From: Styela clava
Taxonomy: Eukaryota
Reading direction: 5' to 3'
DNA: 64,000 nt
Assembly: GCF_964204865.1 (NCBI RefSeq)
Contig: NC_135259.1
Span: forward strand, 12,586,001 to 12,650,000
Shown: in pieces, positions 28,901 to 40,444 of the stretch
Position numbering within the stretch: the first letter of the stretch is position 1
Layout: each line of letters starts with the position of its first letter
Made by a program: the position numbers and the translations under genes
Notes under the pieces: model-generated
What the model was told of the DNA's origin: nothing
Databases searched by the model: none
The model's input: only the letters and a program-made list of their open reading frames with translations

Positions 28901-31900
28901 TCTAATCATTTTTAAATATTTGAATCATTTGCCTAGCCCTGATTGACATTTTATGGAATATTTCGGTTCAGAAATTTCTTATTCGGCGAGGAATGTTTGA
29001 CAATAAGGGATTGCGTTGAATAAACGCTCCTGAGTAAGAGATTCCGTTTCGATACCTACCATGTTTTCCGAAAATAAGTCAGTGTCTTATTTCAATTTTA
29101 TATCGAAAAATAACACCAGGGCTTATTTTGGGGGGATGGCTTTCATTTTTTTTATCAAAAACAAAATTGCAAAGTAGAGATATACAAGATTTTCAAATAT
29201 ACAAAATACGAAAACCGAAATCCATTTACTTATAAATAACACATTTTTATTTTTAAAAAAAAACCTGCTAAACATAGATCAAATGACCATATTATCACCT
29301 CCTGTGATGAATGTCTTGCAAGTCACCAGATTCATAAATTTCGATGAAGATTTCATTTAACTGATCGACTAGATCTTATTTTTGAGGGGAGGGCTTTCAT
29401 CGATTAAAATCATTATTAAAATTCAGACTAGGTTTTATTTTCGGCGGAACACGGTACTAAACTCTAGTTAGTCAGAACCTGATTTAAGATTATTTTCTGC
29501 ACAAATAAAGAAAATATCCACTTAATTATTAATATTAAACAAAGCATTTTTCGTTATTCGCAGGGAAAGAACATGTCCCGTGAGTGGTAGCTGTGTTGGT
29601 GCAAGTCACAGCTTCCAGTCATGCAGTATGAATCCGTGCGGATCTAGTGATTATGGATATGGGGACACATCCGGAAGTGATTATGATAATAAGTTAATTT
29701 TTTCGACACTTAACTACTAAAAAACCAACTTTTGGCCTTTTTTGGTTAAAATAAATTGAAAATGCAAATATACAGAAAATATGAATATAATCTATATTAA
29801 AAAACTTTCTGTTCAAAATTAGATGTATTTTCACCAAATACAAATTTCTCGCTCACGGTTAGTAATTTCAATATACAGGGTGTCCAAAAAGTTTTGCCCG
29901 ATTATAATATCTTTATAATCAAATTTTATTTTATTTTTTTAAAAAGATTTATAGTCAACCTGTTTCTAATTGAATGTTGAATGTTGTAGTCCCCGTTTAT
30001 CATACAACCAAATTTATTCAAATTTGCAATTGGTAATGCTTTGAAATCGGGCGGAACTTTTTGGACACCCTGTATATATTATATTGTGGACAATCAAGAT
30101 ACTTTACGAACAACTAAGATTTGTCAAAGCTCTCTGTTAACCTTCCTGGTTTTTCTTCTAGGTTCTGAATCAAGCGAAACAAGTGCAACAGGATGGGGTG
30201 ACTGGGGTAGATGGACACAATGCGATAAAACTTGCGGATCAGGAACAAGGTTAAAGTAAGTGTAAAGGAGATTGTAAACGCACTGACGTTAGGAGGTTGT
30301 GGCAAATGACAACGCCGTGGAGTATACGTTCTCCTAGTCCCACCTAGTTCAGCAGATGTGATAGTGCAGTGTTCTTTAAACTTTTTTCAGCGCGATCAGC
30401 GATTTCAGCGTAATTAATGAATTATTTAGTCCTCACGAAAATAATTAGTTCGATTCTGTTTTGTAATTTTGTCTTGTTTTTTAATTTGATTTTGTTTTGA
30501 AATATATGGAAAATTAGTAAGCGAACGTTAATTTACATTTTTTGCACGGATTTCGTTTTTATCCGGAATCTGAAAAAAAAACGAATTTCCAGAGTCAAGA
30601 TTCGAAATTGATTTTCAAACAGATTTGGTTATCAGAGTCCAATTTTTTTTCTTCTGAATGAGCCCCGATAAAGCGTTTTTCCCAATTATAACGATAGCCA
30701 TTGGTAAATAAGCAAACACCAATCATTGTATATTCACACTAGAACGAGGAAATGTAAATCGTACTTCTGCGAGGGATCATATAAAGAAACGGAAAGCTGC
30801 CAAGAAAGTCAGTGTTCTTCTGGACGAGATGGTAAATTGTATTTTACTTTCTCAAAGTGTTACTCATTCTAAAAACCATTCAACAATAATTTACTTTATA
30901 GTTGCAGATTTGTTTCAAAGCAAGAGTATCAGCGTTATAAAAAACGTATGTCCTTACGGAAAATTATTTATTGGGAAATTCAATAAAGATATGTTTCCTG
31001 ATTTACTTTGTCTTTACCCAGACGGATTCGCGTAAGTAATGCGGATTATTGTAATTGAAATGTTTAGTTTTGTATTTCCAAGCTTTGAAAAGGACAAAAC
31101 ATCATTGATGAAGTATCAGTATAGTGTTGCGTTTTTTCACAATTCCAAAAATGACTTTTTTCTCTTGATTAGATTACTTTTCCCTACTGTTAGCCTTTAT
31201 ATTACTATTTCAAAATTTGAGTGTTTTTGTAAAAAGGTAAAAAAGAGTTTTTATAAAAAGTTAAGAAAAGGCAAACACTTGGTGCGTTTTGGAAACAACA
31301 GGCTTAGAATATTAGTCAATTGTACGTCGTGCTCATTTATTTCAGCATCGCTCTCTTGTTATATATACAAATGTTGACTTTCAGACGATTGTACTACACC
31401 GACCCATTTAAAGCGGCGATGGGAGCTACGGTGAATTGGGAGGGAACAACTCTACATTGCAGTTTTACTGATGATGATGAAAACACACGTATTTACGTAC
31501 AAGATTTCAATAGAGACGGATTAGATGATTTAGCCTGTCACAACCAAGTGACAAAGTAAGTCGTTTTTATGCATCGATTTCACTATTTCCCAGCCTTTTT
31601 AAATTCGATACACATAAACGTAAAATAATCGAAAGTCAGTTTACAGAAATTAAATTTACTTCGAGCAGTATAATAGGAAGAACGTCCCAGGATATTAAAG
31701 ATCACGCAATGCTATTATTTAATTGTTAACTGCCGAACAATTGCATTGTAATTTCCCTTGAAAGGAGCGGAATAGTTTTCTGATCCGTTCTGACCCAAAC
31801 TGGATCAAATCGCTGGTCGATGTTACTTACCGGTATCACTAGATTGCAATGTGGCAACTCTGTCATCCGTTATTTTTATGCAGGGGAAACTACATTTATG

Positions 31901-32753
31901 TCAGCCAGTGCCAGCCAAAATTAAATTTAAATATTAGATGATAGCGTTTATAAAGAATAAAGCAGTCAAACTCACGTCCAGGGTCAGTGAAATTAAAAAA
32001 TTTGTTGCGCAAAAGACTTCAAGTTAGCTTTACCCGTCCATAGCATTATAAAATACAAATTTGGAATAGTCCCTATACCAGTGGTACCCAATCGTTTATG
32101 GCTCGTGGCCCCCTTCTGAAGGCTTTAGTACTCATGCTCCCCTGTTGATCATTCCAAAAAATACGAGTAATGCGCGCATTGCGCATATTTTACTAGAGTT
32201 AGGCCATCTGGAATTACTTTGATGAAGCCAAAGGTAACGAAATTGTCGTCCCATTTCTGTTTCTCGAGAATATTAGAAATTGAAATTTTTTTCCGGGTCT
32301 ACAATACGTTTACGACGGTTATTCTTGCAGCCTTGTGAAACTGTTATTATAAGTAAACTAAGTCTGTTCGTCATCTGCGAGTCAGATGGCCTGTCAACCC
32401 AACTTTAAATCGGAGCATAATGATATTCATAGTTTTATTTTGATAGGTGGATTTCAAATCCCAGTATGATCAAACAATGCATGCACAAGCAAGTAAAATC
32501 ACCACGTGAAATAACCTTATCAAGTAATAAAACTATATTTACTGTTACTAATCATTTTTTTTAATCTCACAGACAAATCGTGATAACTTTGAACAAGAAT
32601 GGCGTCTTCCAACCATGGATTGATTGGCAAGGAAAGAGAAAGCGTTGCATCGGAGTAGTGGCATATCTTGAGATGGACGGAGACGGGAATATCGATTTAG
32701 TTTGCGGTGACGAAAACAACTCATTCCAATACGTTTATCTAAGTAAACTTTGA
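16975..32753 (+). CDS. Astacin (M12A) metalloprotease with N-terminal signal-anchor, antistasin-like Cys module, 5 TSP1 repeats and 3 FG-GAP/VCBS-like repeats; ~19 exons, start codon unresolved
   Basis: Hydrophobic exon 16975-17073; FQGDI pro-peptide 18144-18307; HELMHTLGFYHEQSRKDRD 21082-21251; Met-turn SGMHY 22757-22889; WxxWxxWxxC..TCG exons 24628-30831; DFNRDGLDDL and EMDGDGNIDL blades; stop at 32753; splice phases are consistent. Confidence 0.88.
18804..19046. mobile_element. MITE family A, long form, 8-bp TSD CAACTTTG
   Basis: Long TIRs with CCAAGATGGCGGACA; homologous to 25474-25708 and 50127-50367. Confidence 0.85.
21482..22552. mobile_element. Three Helentron/HINE-like non-autonomous repeats (21482-~21800 minus; ~22072-22382 and 22381-22552 plus)
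   Basis: Shared ACTTATCGAT sub-terminal motif, (GACA)n microsatellite, terminal palindrome TACTTACCGAT..ATCGATAAGTA; the family assignment is inference. Confidence 0.6.
23131..23478. mobile_element. Tc1/mariner (pogo/Tigger-like) MITE
   Basis: TA|CAAGGAGTCCTCG...CGAGGACTCCCTG|TA. Confidence 0.8.
25474..25708. mobile_element. MITE family A, long form, 8-bp TSD GTATTTCC
   Basis: TIRs GGTACT..CCAAGATGGCGG; TSD present on both sides. Confidence 0.85.
28724..28832. mobile_element. MITE family A, short form, abutting a 22-nt poly-G tract
   Basis: CAAGATGGCGCACAACCTGAAC inverted arms. Confidence 0.75.
29059..29454. mobile_element. Tc1/mariner-type MITE
   Basis: TA|CCATGTTTTCCGAAAATAAG...TTATTTTCGGCGGAACACGG|TA imperfect TIRs. 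Confidence 0.65.
29876..30072. mobile_element. Tc1/mariner MITE
   Basis: TA|CAGGGTGTCCAAAAAGTT...AACTTTTTGGACACCCTG|TA. Confidence 0.85.
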
Positions 32754-34427
32754 AATTTAACTATATTCATGCCATTTTTTACAGACTGCAAACAAAAATA
32801 TCAAAAAATGGTAACATTTTATGACAGATTTAGTTTTTCTATGTACCAGAATCCGAATAGTTTCCTATTGATATTAGTAAATAATAAAAATATTATAGCT
32901 TTGGTTATTATTTGCTTTTTTTGGGGGGGGGGGGTCATGTTATATTGTGAGAGTTTGGGTATAGTATAAATGTTCAGATGTTTTTGTTTGTTTGTTTGTT
33001 TTTCATTCGAACAACCTGATATTTTAAAATAATTCTTATTTCTTTCTATTTCGACAAAATTGAGTGTGATCGCTTGTAGCGGGCTTGGTATTTTTTTTTT
33101 TGTTAATTAATCTACTGCAGTTCAGTATATAGTTTCAATTATTAGAAAACGTAGTAATTTATTATATATCTGTAACCCATGATTTCTACTGTTTGTAAAA
33201 TTACAATTGGTTTTTTCTCGGTAATGATATAATTGCATCGTTTCAGGGAAACTGAACTCAATTCCTATGGTAATAAACGGTTATGTTCTCACTCAAGCCC
33301 CTAGTTGTGTTATTTAGATCGATATTTATAGAGTTTCGACAATTTTGTTCTTTGTCATATATATATTACATACTGTTCTATGTGAAAATATTGGTAGTGT
33401 TCAACATTTACGAGCACTTTATGCTAGTTTGTTTTTCGGACTTCCAAACAAAAGCAGGAGCATATCAATGAAACAATTAATTAACTGTTCAAGAAAGCGA
33501 ATGACGCAATTGGCCATATTACAGGCTAAGTTTTCAACTGACCCTAATGTCATGTTTTACTCGAACCATATTCTCTTTGCAAAAAGGGGGATTAAATCAA
33601 AACCAAAAATGATGTGACAATACGGTAAAACTGTCTATATTTCAAGGATATCTTAGTGTAAAAATAAAAAATAAATGATTGCATACTCTAATCAAAACAT
33701 TAGTTAAGCTGTTATTGTGCTTGGCTGAATATTAGAGTTTTAATCGCTTCATAAATTTCTGTAATTTTGCATAATTGCTGACGCTTTTCCGGGACAAGAT
33801 TTTTTGAAACAAGTGTTGTGTTCCTATCTCCGATTTTGCAAAATTGTTTTGCTAGTAATTTGCTTCCGAGCCAAAAGTGACATGCAAAAAGTTTGTTTAA
33901 ACATACTAAGCTATTTAATTGACTGGATTATTCCAGTTAGAGGACCACTACCACACTTCAAGTAAATATTTTTCCTGTCAGCTTCGGATTTTAATTTTTG
34001 GTTTCTATTTACAAGTGAGCCTGATTCAAACTCTGATGCAAATATATGATATTTTAACTATTGCTCATAAAAACCTATCTACCTAAAACATAGAACTTTT
34101 GTTAACGACAGTGTTTTTAGTATTTTTGTACATTGTTAAAATAAAACACGTTACATTTGTTAATATTCATTGTCATTTTTTCCATGCACAGTTGTTTGGG
34201 ATAAGGGTACAGATTCGGCATGCTATAAACGCAACGATGTTTTTAATTAAATAATTTAACACGAACAGCATTGGCAGTACAAACTAGACAGACGTCTGTG
34301 CGACATTGACAACTACGATGCGGTGTTTATAAAGCAATTTTTACGATATCAATTTCACAACTGAAACCCGGAATGACAATACTACCTAAACACCCTGGAA
34401 ATCTTCTATTCGTTGTTTGTTCCGAGT

Positions 34428-36658
34428 GCGATTCAAAACTTACAGGAAACCACCAACACATGCACGGCCCGTTCCTATGTAAGTTTCATAACGCCTTCTC
34501 AGAATTACAGCTCACCCAAATGGGTTCATTTTCCACTGTTGCCAGATTAGAGACCTAATTGTTCGCTCATAGTTAGTTTTAATGTGAGTAATTGTTCACA
34601 CCACATTATGAAATTTGAGGGAAACAGCGTTACTCACACAGTCACACGGCCTGTTTCACACAAGTTTCAACACGTAACTGGGAATGATCAATGATATTAT
34701 GTGATATCGCTGATATTACAAATGTATATGATGCGATGTCTCCATTGCATGTCGTTTGGTGTTTTAACACTTCTGCACACATTAGGACATAGCGAAATAG
34801 GCTGATGCTATTAAACAGCCATTTCCGTTATGTTCCGACGCGAACGAGTTTGAATAAACTTGCTATTTGGTTCTAAATTAGCCCGTACTTAGTATTTCAA
34901 ATTGATTCTCTGGATTTGATGATAGACTTGATTACACTGCGGATCTACCATGAGCGGGTCTGAATTTATGAAGCCCGTTCCGTGAAAGTTCCACCGTGTA
35001 TCACAAGATTCCTCTACAAAGGAAGGATGTTGTTTCCAATACACGTTCAAACTTGTCTGAAACAGCCAGTGGACACAAGCGGCCTGTTTCACGATAAGTT
35101 TCAGTGCGTATCTGGATAATATAAAATCACACAGTACTTTCAAAGTTGCAGGTACTATATAAACGGTAGTAAATATTATTCTGTTCCGTAATGAGAAGTT
35201 AAGACCCTATCAGTTGATGTCGAAATTGTACGATGGGGGACATAGGAGAAAGTACCGAATAAATTTCAGCCCTTTCCGTTATGTTCCGTATCGGGCATTC
35301 GAGTATAAAACATTATCATTTAATGTTGAAATTGTATTTAAAACACAGAAGAGAAAGTGCCAAACATAGTACAGCCTTTTATGTTGTGTTTCGTACCGGT
35401 AGCGTGAGCATCATAAAACTTCGACACTCGAACTATCGCGAATGAGCAAAAACCTTCCACCCGATTTCCAAATTGTACGCTGTAGGACATAGAGGAAAGT
35501 GCCGAGCACGATACAGCCCTTTCATTTATGTTCCGTTGCGTACATTCGAGTGTATCAGCCATTTTGGCGTATGTTAGATTGACTTAGGAATCACATGAAT
35601 TCATTCGAGGATAATCAAGTTTGCACACTGTGAGACACATCGAAAAAGACTATTGTAGCACAGCCCTTTCCGTTATGTTCCGAAGTGGATCAAATGCAAT
35701 TGTCATCGTCTTCAATTGTATAACTACGAAATGAAACCTGCTTGAAGATAATCAAAATGACACACTGTAGGACACATCGGAAAAGACTATTATACCACAG
35801 CCCTTTCCGTTATGTTCCGTGGTGTATGTTTGAATATACCGAATATCATTGTCAATTTATTCGATTACATGAAGTTTATTTACATCGAACATGAAACCTA
35901 CTTGAAGATAAATAAAATGGCACACTGTGAGACATATCAGAAAAGACCGAATAATTGAGTACAGCCCTTTCCGTTATGTTCCGTAGTGGACTTTCGAAAA
36001 TGCCTAATGTCATTCTTATATTCTTAAATTGCATTATGTTTATCTATCTTGAAAATGAAAACTGAAGATAACTAAAACGGCACACTATGAGACATAGCAG
36101 AAAAGACTGAATACTTGATCAGTCCTTTCCGTTATGTTCCGTAGTGGACTTTCGAAAATACCAAAGTGTCATTCTTACTTTGTTTAAATGCATAAATTAA
36201 GTTTATTTTCCTCAAAATGACAACTGTTTGAAGATAATTAAAATGGCACACAATGAGACATATCAGAAAAGACCGAATATATACTTGATCAGTCCTTTCC
36301 GTTATGTTCCGTTGCGAACCATCGAATCTGGCAACTTTCTGGTTTGTAGCATCATCCCATCAGCGTACCGGTGCCCGGTAGTGCATCGCGCCCTAAAGAA
36401 CTGCAGAAGATAGTCAATGTCGCTCACTTTGAGACATATCTGAAAAGACTTGATAAAAACAGTCCTTTCCGATATGTTCCGTTATGAGCCATTGAAAATT
36501 TGTGAATGTACTTACAAATATTTAACATGTAACTTTCCGTTAAGTTACACGGAAAGCAGCCAATTTGAAAACATTGTTGCGGTATTGAGTTCGGTGGGGA
36601 TCATTCTGGAATGGATCTCGAGTTTTACAAACCCGTTCCAAGAAAGTTCCAAATCGAA
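34428..36658 (-). ncRNA. Predicted polycistronic miRNA cluster L (14 pre-miRNA-like hairpins)
   Basis: 60-75 nt imperfect hairpins. Conserved arms (plus coordinates): family 1 at 34816, 35267, 35514, 35661, 35798, 35962, 36120, 36290, 36460; family 2 at 34465, 34647, 34971, 35080, 36629. A-C oppositions on plus become G:U pairs on minus. Confidence 0.8.
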
Positions 36659-36719
36659 AACAATGAATGTCCCTAAAAGCAGGTCTGTTGCTTGAAGGAG
36701 AGTGAGCAGTTTGCTATCG

Positions 36720-36900
36720 ATTTCGGACTGGATTCTGATTTTAAAGCAAGATCGTTCGCACTTCTTCCGGCATGTAATCCTTTGTCTGGAACATCGGAAC
36801 TACCTGATTGTTTGTTATCTACCACACCTTGAGCCTATAGGTCGATATTTCGAATATTAATTAGCGCTTACGCAATATGCTAATAGGCGGGAGCCGACGC
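36720..36900 (-). promoter_or_regulatory. Conserved leader or promoter-proximal element upstream of cluster L
   Basis: Reverse complement aligns with 40130-40310, including identical ATCAGGTAGTTCCGATGTTCCAGAC, CTCAAGGTG and GATAACAAA. Confidence 0.6.
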
Positions 36901-38007
36901 ATCGCATATCCCGCAGACTTATACGTTCAATTAAGGATTAGCTGCGGGTGGCGTAATAGCAAACAAAAGAATAATAAGTTGAATGAGAGATAGTTCTCTA
37001 ACACAATTGTAAGAGACAAAGCGAACCCACTTAATTTATTTCGTTCAATCAATTATTTAGGTAGTTCATATTTTATGTTCAATACAAACTATATAGGAAA
37101 TTCATAAATCATCGGTCAATGATTCGTCTCCAAATATCTCAATCATTGTCGTTGAAGCTGAGCCAATCACAAATCCAACAAATTTTGACAGTAATACCCA
37201 ATTGCCGTTTCTATGTAGATATATGCTATACCTCGTTTAGGTAGGCTGTCTAATAATATTAATTCAAAAATCCAATAGAAGTAAAGAGAACCTAAAATAC
37301 TGCGAATTAGATAAGATATCCTGATAATGCGCTTTTATCAGATAATCTTATTATCAAAATCTTTATTATTAAAAATATTGTCTAGCGTTATAATGTAAGC
37401 TTCTGTTTACCGAGGGTTTTTACTAATTAGATTTGACGAACTCGACTCTTAGGACTTTGATCTTGTTTTTCAACTTCATAGGGTCGAAAGTTGTTTTTGT
37501 TCAATCAAATGACGATCTCGTTTCTCAACGTTACATTAAGTTTAGAAGAACAGTTTCCAGATACACACAAATTCTTTGAGGTATCTTCAGACCTGAGCCA
37601 TATTTTACCTTTCGAATCTGCTTAGTACTTACTCATGGATAGAGGATTCTATATTATTGGTTTGGATTTAACAGCAACAAAAATGGATTCAATTTGTATT
37701 GAGAGATATTTAGAACAATACTAGATAGATATTTAGCACCACACATATACACCAATCTTTCTAACTCAACTTCTTTCTGCATACGCAATTTAGATACATG
37801 ACATATCAATTAATATAAACTTCTTTTGTCGTATTATGAAAATAAAATGCGAGTAATACGAAGTATAATCATTCTATGTAACATTAGTAACTGAATTGAC
37901 ATATTCTTATGTGATTGGATTGTCATCAAATTCTTTAGACTACACTTGCGCCCAACGGATACTTATTAAAATCGAGTTTCTTATTGGAAACGAAGTGACA
38001 CTATAGA

Positions 38008-38075
38008 TCAGGGTGGTCCAATCCCAGGCCCACGGGCCACATGTGGCCTGCCGCTTCATTATCTGTGGCCCGCTT
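38008..38075 (+). mobile_element. hAT-like MITE end fragment
   Basis: CAGGGTGGTCCAA terminus followed by GGCCC(A/G)C sub-terminal repeats. Confidence 0.5.
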
Positions 38076-38689
38076 CGCATTTGCGCGAAGGTAAACAAAA
38101 ATAGGTATTTGGTGTTGTTTCGTCATAAAAATAACCAGGAAAATATTTTGACATATTGTTACATCACTAATGTCACTGAATTGACTAGTGTTATAGAGAA
38201 GTTGAATAATGTGTTTGGCTAGTCAACAGTATTACAAAAAATGCTGCCTATATGTCAGAAAATTTAGAAGTTACTCTCATGTATCTTAAATTTGGTAAAA
38301 TTCGGTAATCAATCAATCTGCAGGTAATTGTGAGTTATTTTGTAAACATGAATTTAAAAAGAAAGCTGACCAATTCAAACAGATTTTTGACTTGATATGG
38401 GAGGGAAAATATCACAATGCTCGCTTATGTCTGCAGGTTGTGTCGGTGACAATCTGAGACAGCACTTGAAGCACTCACGTTATGAAGAGTTTAAAATCTT
38501 ACACTAAATGTAGATATAGTAGTATTTTTGGTAGTTTTTGCATGTTTTAGCTTAATAAAAGACAAATAATGATCAATTGGATGGATCAATGTTTGGACAA
38601 TAAAAGTGTTTGTTTTGTATTGCATTATTTTTATTGATGTTGTGTCGTATTTAATTTTCATTGGTTAAAGGCTGTTGTTTCTGTAAGAC

Positions 38690-38892
38690 GGTTCCATTAC
38701 ATTTGAACCCACGTACACTTGAACCCATGACAATTGCACCTGTATGCTATTGCACCTATGGATTTTTTTTTGTTTCACGGATAGTTAAACCCATACTAAC
38801 CCTAACCCATGGGTTTTAGCACCCGCATATAGATTGAACCCGTGGATATACACATGGGTTCAAATGTACGTGGGTTCAAATGTACGGTAACC
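38690..38892. mobile_element. MITE family B, 9-bp TSD CTGTAAGAC
   Basis: Near-identical to 16668-16854. Confidence 0.85.
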
Positions 38893-40129
38893 CTGTAAGA
38901 CTATTACCCTTATTTAATTTAAAAATTTCTCTGGGCTCTATGAAATGCGATGACATCATCAAAATTAAAAATTGCGCACCTTGTGGCGGTTTCGCGATCG
39001 TTGCGATCTGGTGGTCAGTCGAAGTCGGGAAGACTACGATACCGGTGCTGTTAAAGATTTGATACCCGTACTACTTCGCTTAGACGTCCGTGTCTATATA
39101 TTTGAATAATGCTCTCTGATTCATTTAGATACTAAAAACATCTGAGTGCATACTCAGCTTCATTAGACTTTGTCTCTATTTATATATATTGTCTTGTCTT
39201 ATAAACTCCCCTGTATAAACAGTTTTGTATACTCCACCCTTACCACTTTCACCACACCAAACGACCCATTGCCCCACCTTGAACAACTGTCTAAATAAGG
39301 GACCATATTATACATATTTAATCTAATGTTCTTTGTTTTATATTTGTCAAAAAGGGTGCATGCCGCACATTTGTGTTTTAGGCCAGTACGGTCTTGTGCA
39401 GGCATCCCGTCTTAAATAATAATAATCGTTCATTTATTTTTTTATCACTATTACGAGACGAATAAACATACATACATACATTCTAATTATAACAATTTGA
39501 AATTGAAATAATTGTTAGTTCACCTAAAACGGCAACAAAAGTCAACTTCTATGTCGCCTTACTGTATTTTTGACGGATTTTTTTATATAATGTATTTCTC
39601 AAACATGGTGTAGAAGGAAATTTTCAGTATTGCTTTTTTAATTTTCATATCATAAAAATTCTTGGACTTGCCAAATATTTATTACCTTGCTTTGGTCGAA
39701 AAGTGCTCTCATTTCAAGTCCAGGTATTTTAGTTTACTTGTGCGTGTGATTTTGATGCTATGTGTGCATCTGGACATCTGAAATGTTTCTTTTTATTTAC
39801 GATGTGAATTATTTGAAGTGAACAATTATTAGTGCCAACATCTTATAAAACACACGCTTGAGAAGACTTCATCAGAGATGTATTTATCTTCGAAGCATTA
39901 GCATTTGGGACAACAATTTTGAATTTTATCACAAATAGTGATGAAATGAAGGCGCGTATTGGGATATTGGAATTAACATTATGCAAGTATGCCTCAGTTC
40001 GTACATTTCTCAGAAGCTAAATTAAAGTTGAAAAGAATAAAATAGCCGCGAAGCTATTGTTTACTCTTACGCCACTTTCTGATATAATCATCTGTTGGAC
40101 ATATCAGGTGACAAGAACTTGAATCCCCG

Positions 40130-40310
40130 GTGCGAACCCGCTTGTTATCTTGATTAAAGCGCGACAATTAATGATAAGAGTTTATACCGCCGAGTCTCAA
40201 GGTGCGAGCGATAACAAATGATCAGGTAGTTCCGATGTTCCAGACGGAAGATTGCATAGACGAAAAAGTGCGAGCCATTTGCTTTATAATCCAGCTCGAA
40301 TTCGAAAATG
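40130..40310 (+). promoter_or_regulatory. Conserved leader or promoter-proximal element upstream of cluster R
   Basis: Inverted homolog of 36720-36900. Confidence 0.6.
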
Positions 40311-40444
40311 ACATCAATCACTTGGGTTCATCCCAAGCAGAAGACCTCTTCCATCTATTGGCATCAGCAAGTATCGGTCTATCACAATGAATTCACCTTA
40401 TGTAAGTAAGTATTAGAACTGTGCATTTTCAAACTCATCTTATA

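Noticed and set aside
34816-36481. CRISPR array (regularly spaced ~22-nt repeats)
   Set aside because: Eukaryotic intron-rich context, no cas genes, spacers 110-430 bp and partly homologous, and each repeat pairs with an adjacent arm to form a pre-miRNA-sized hairpin
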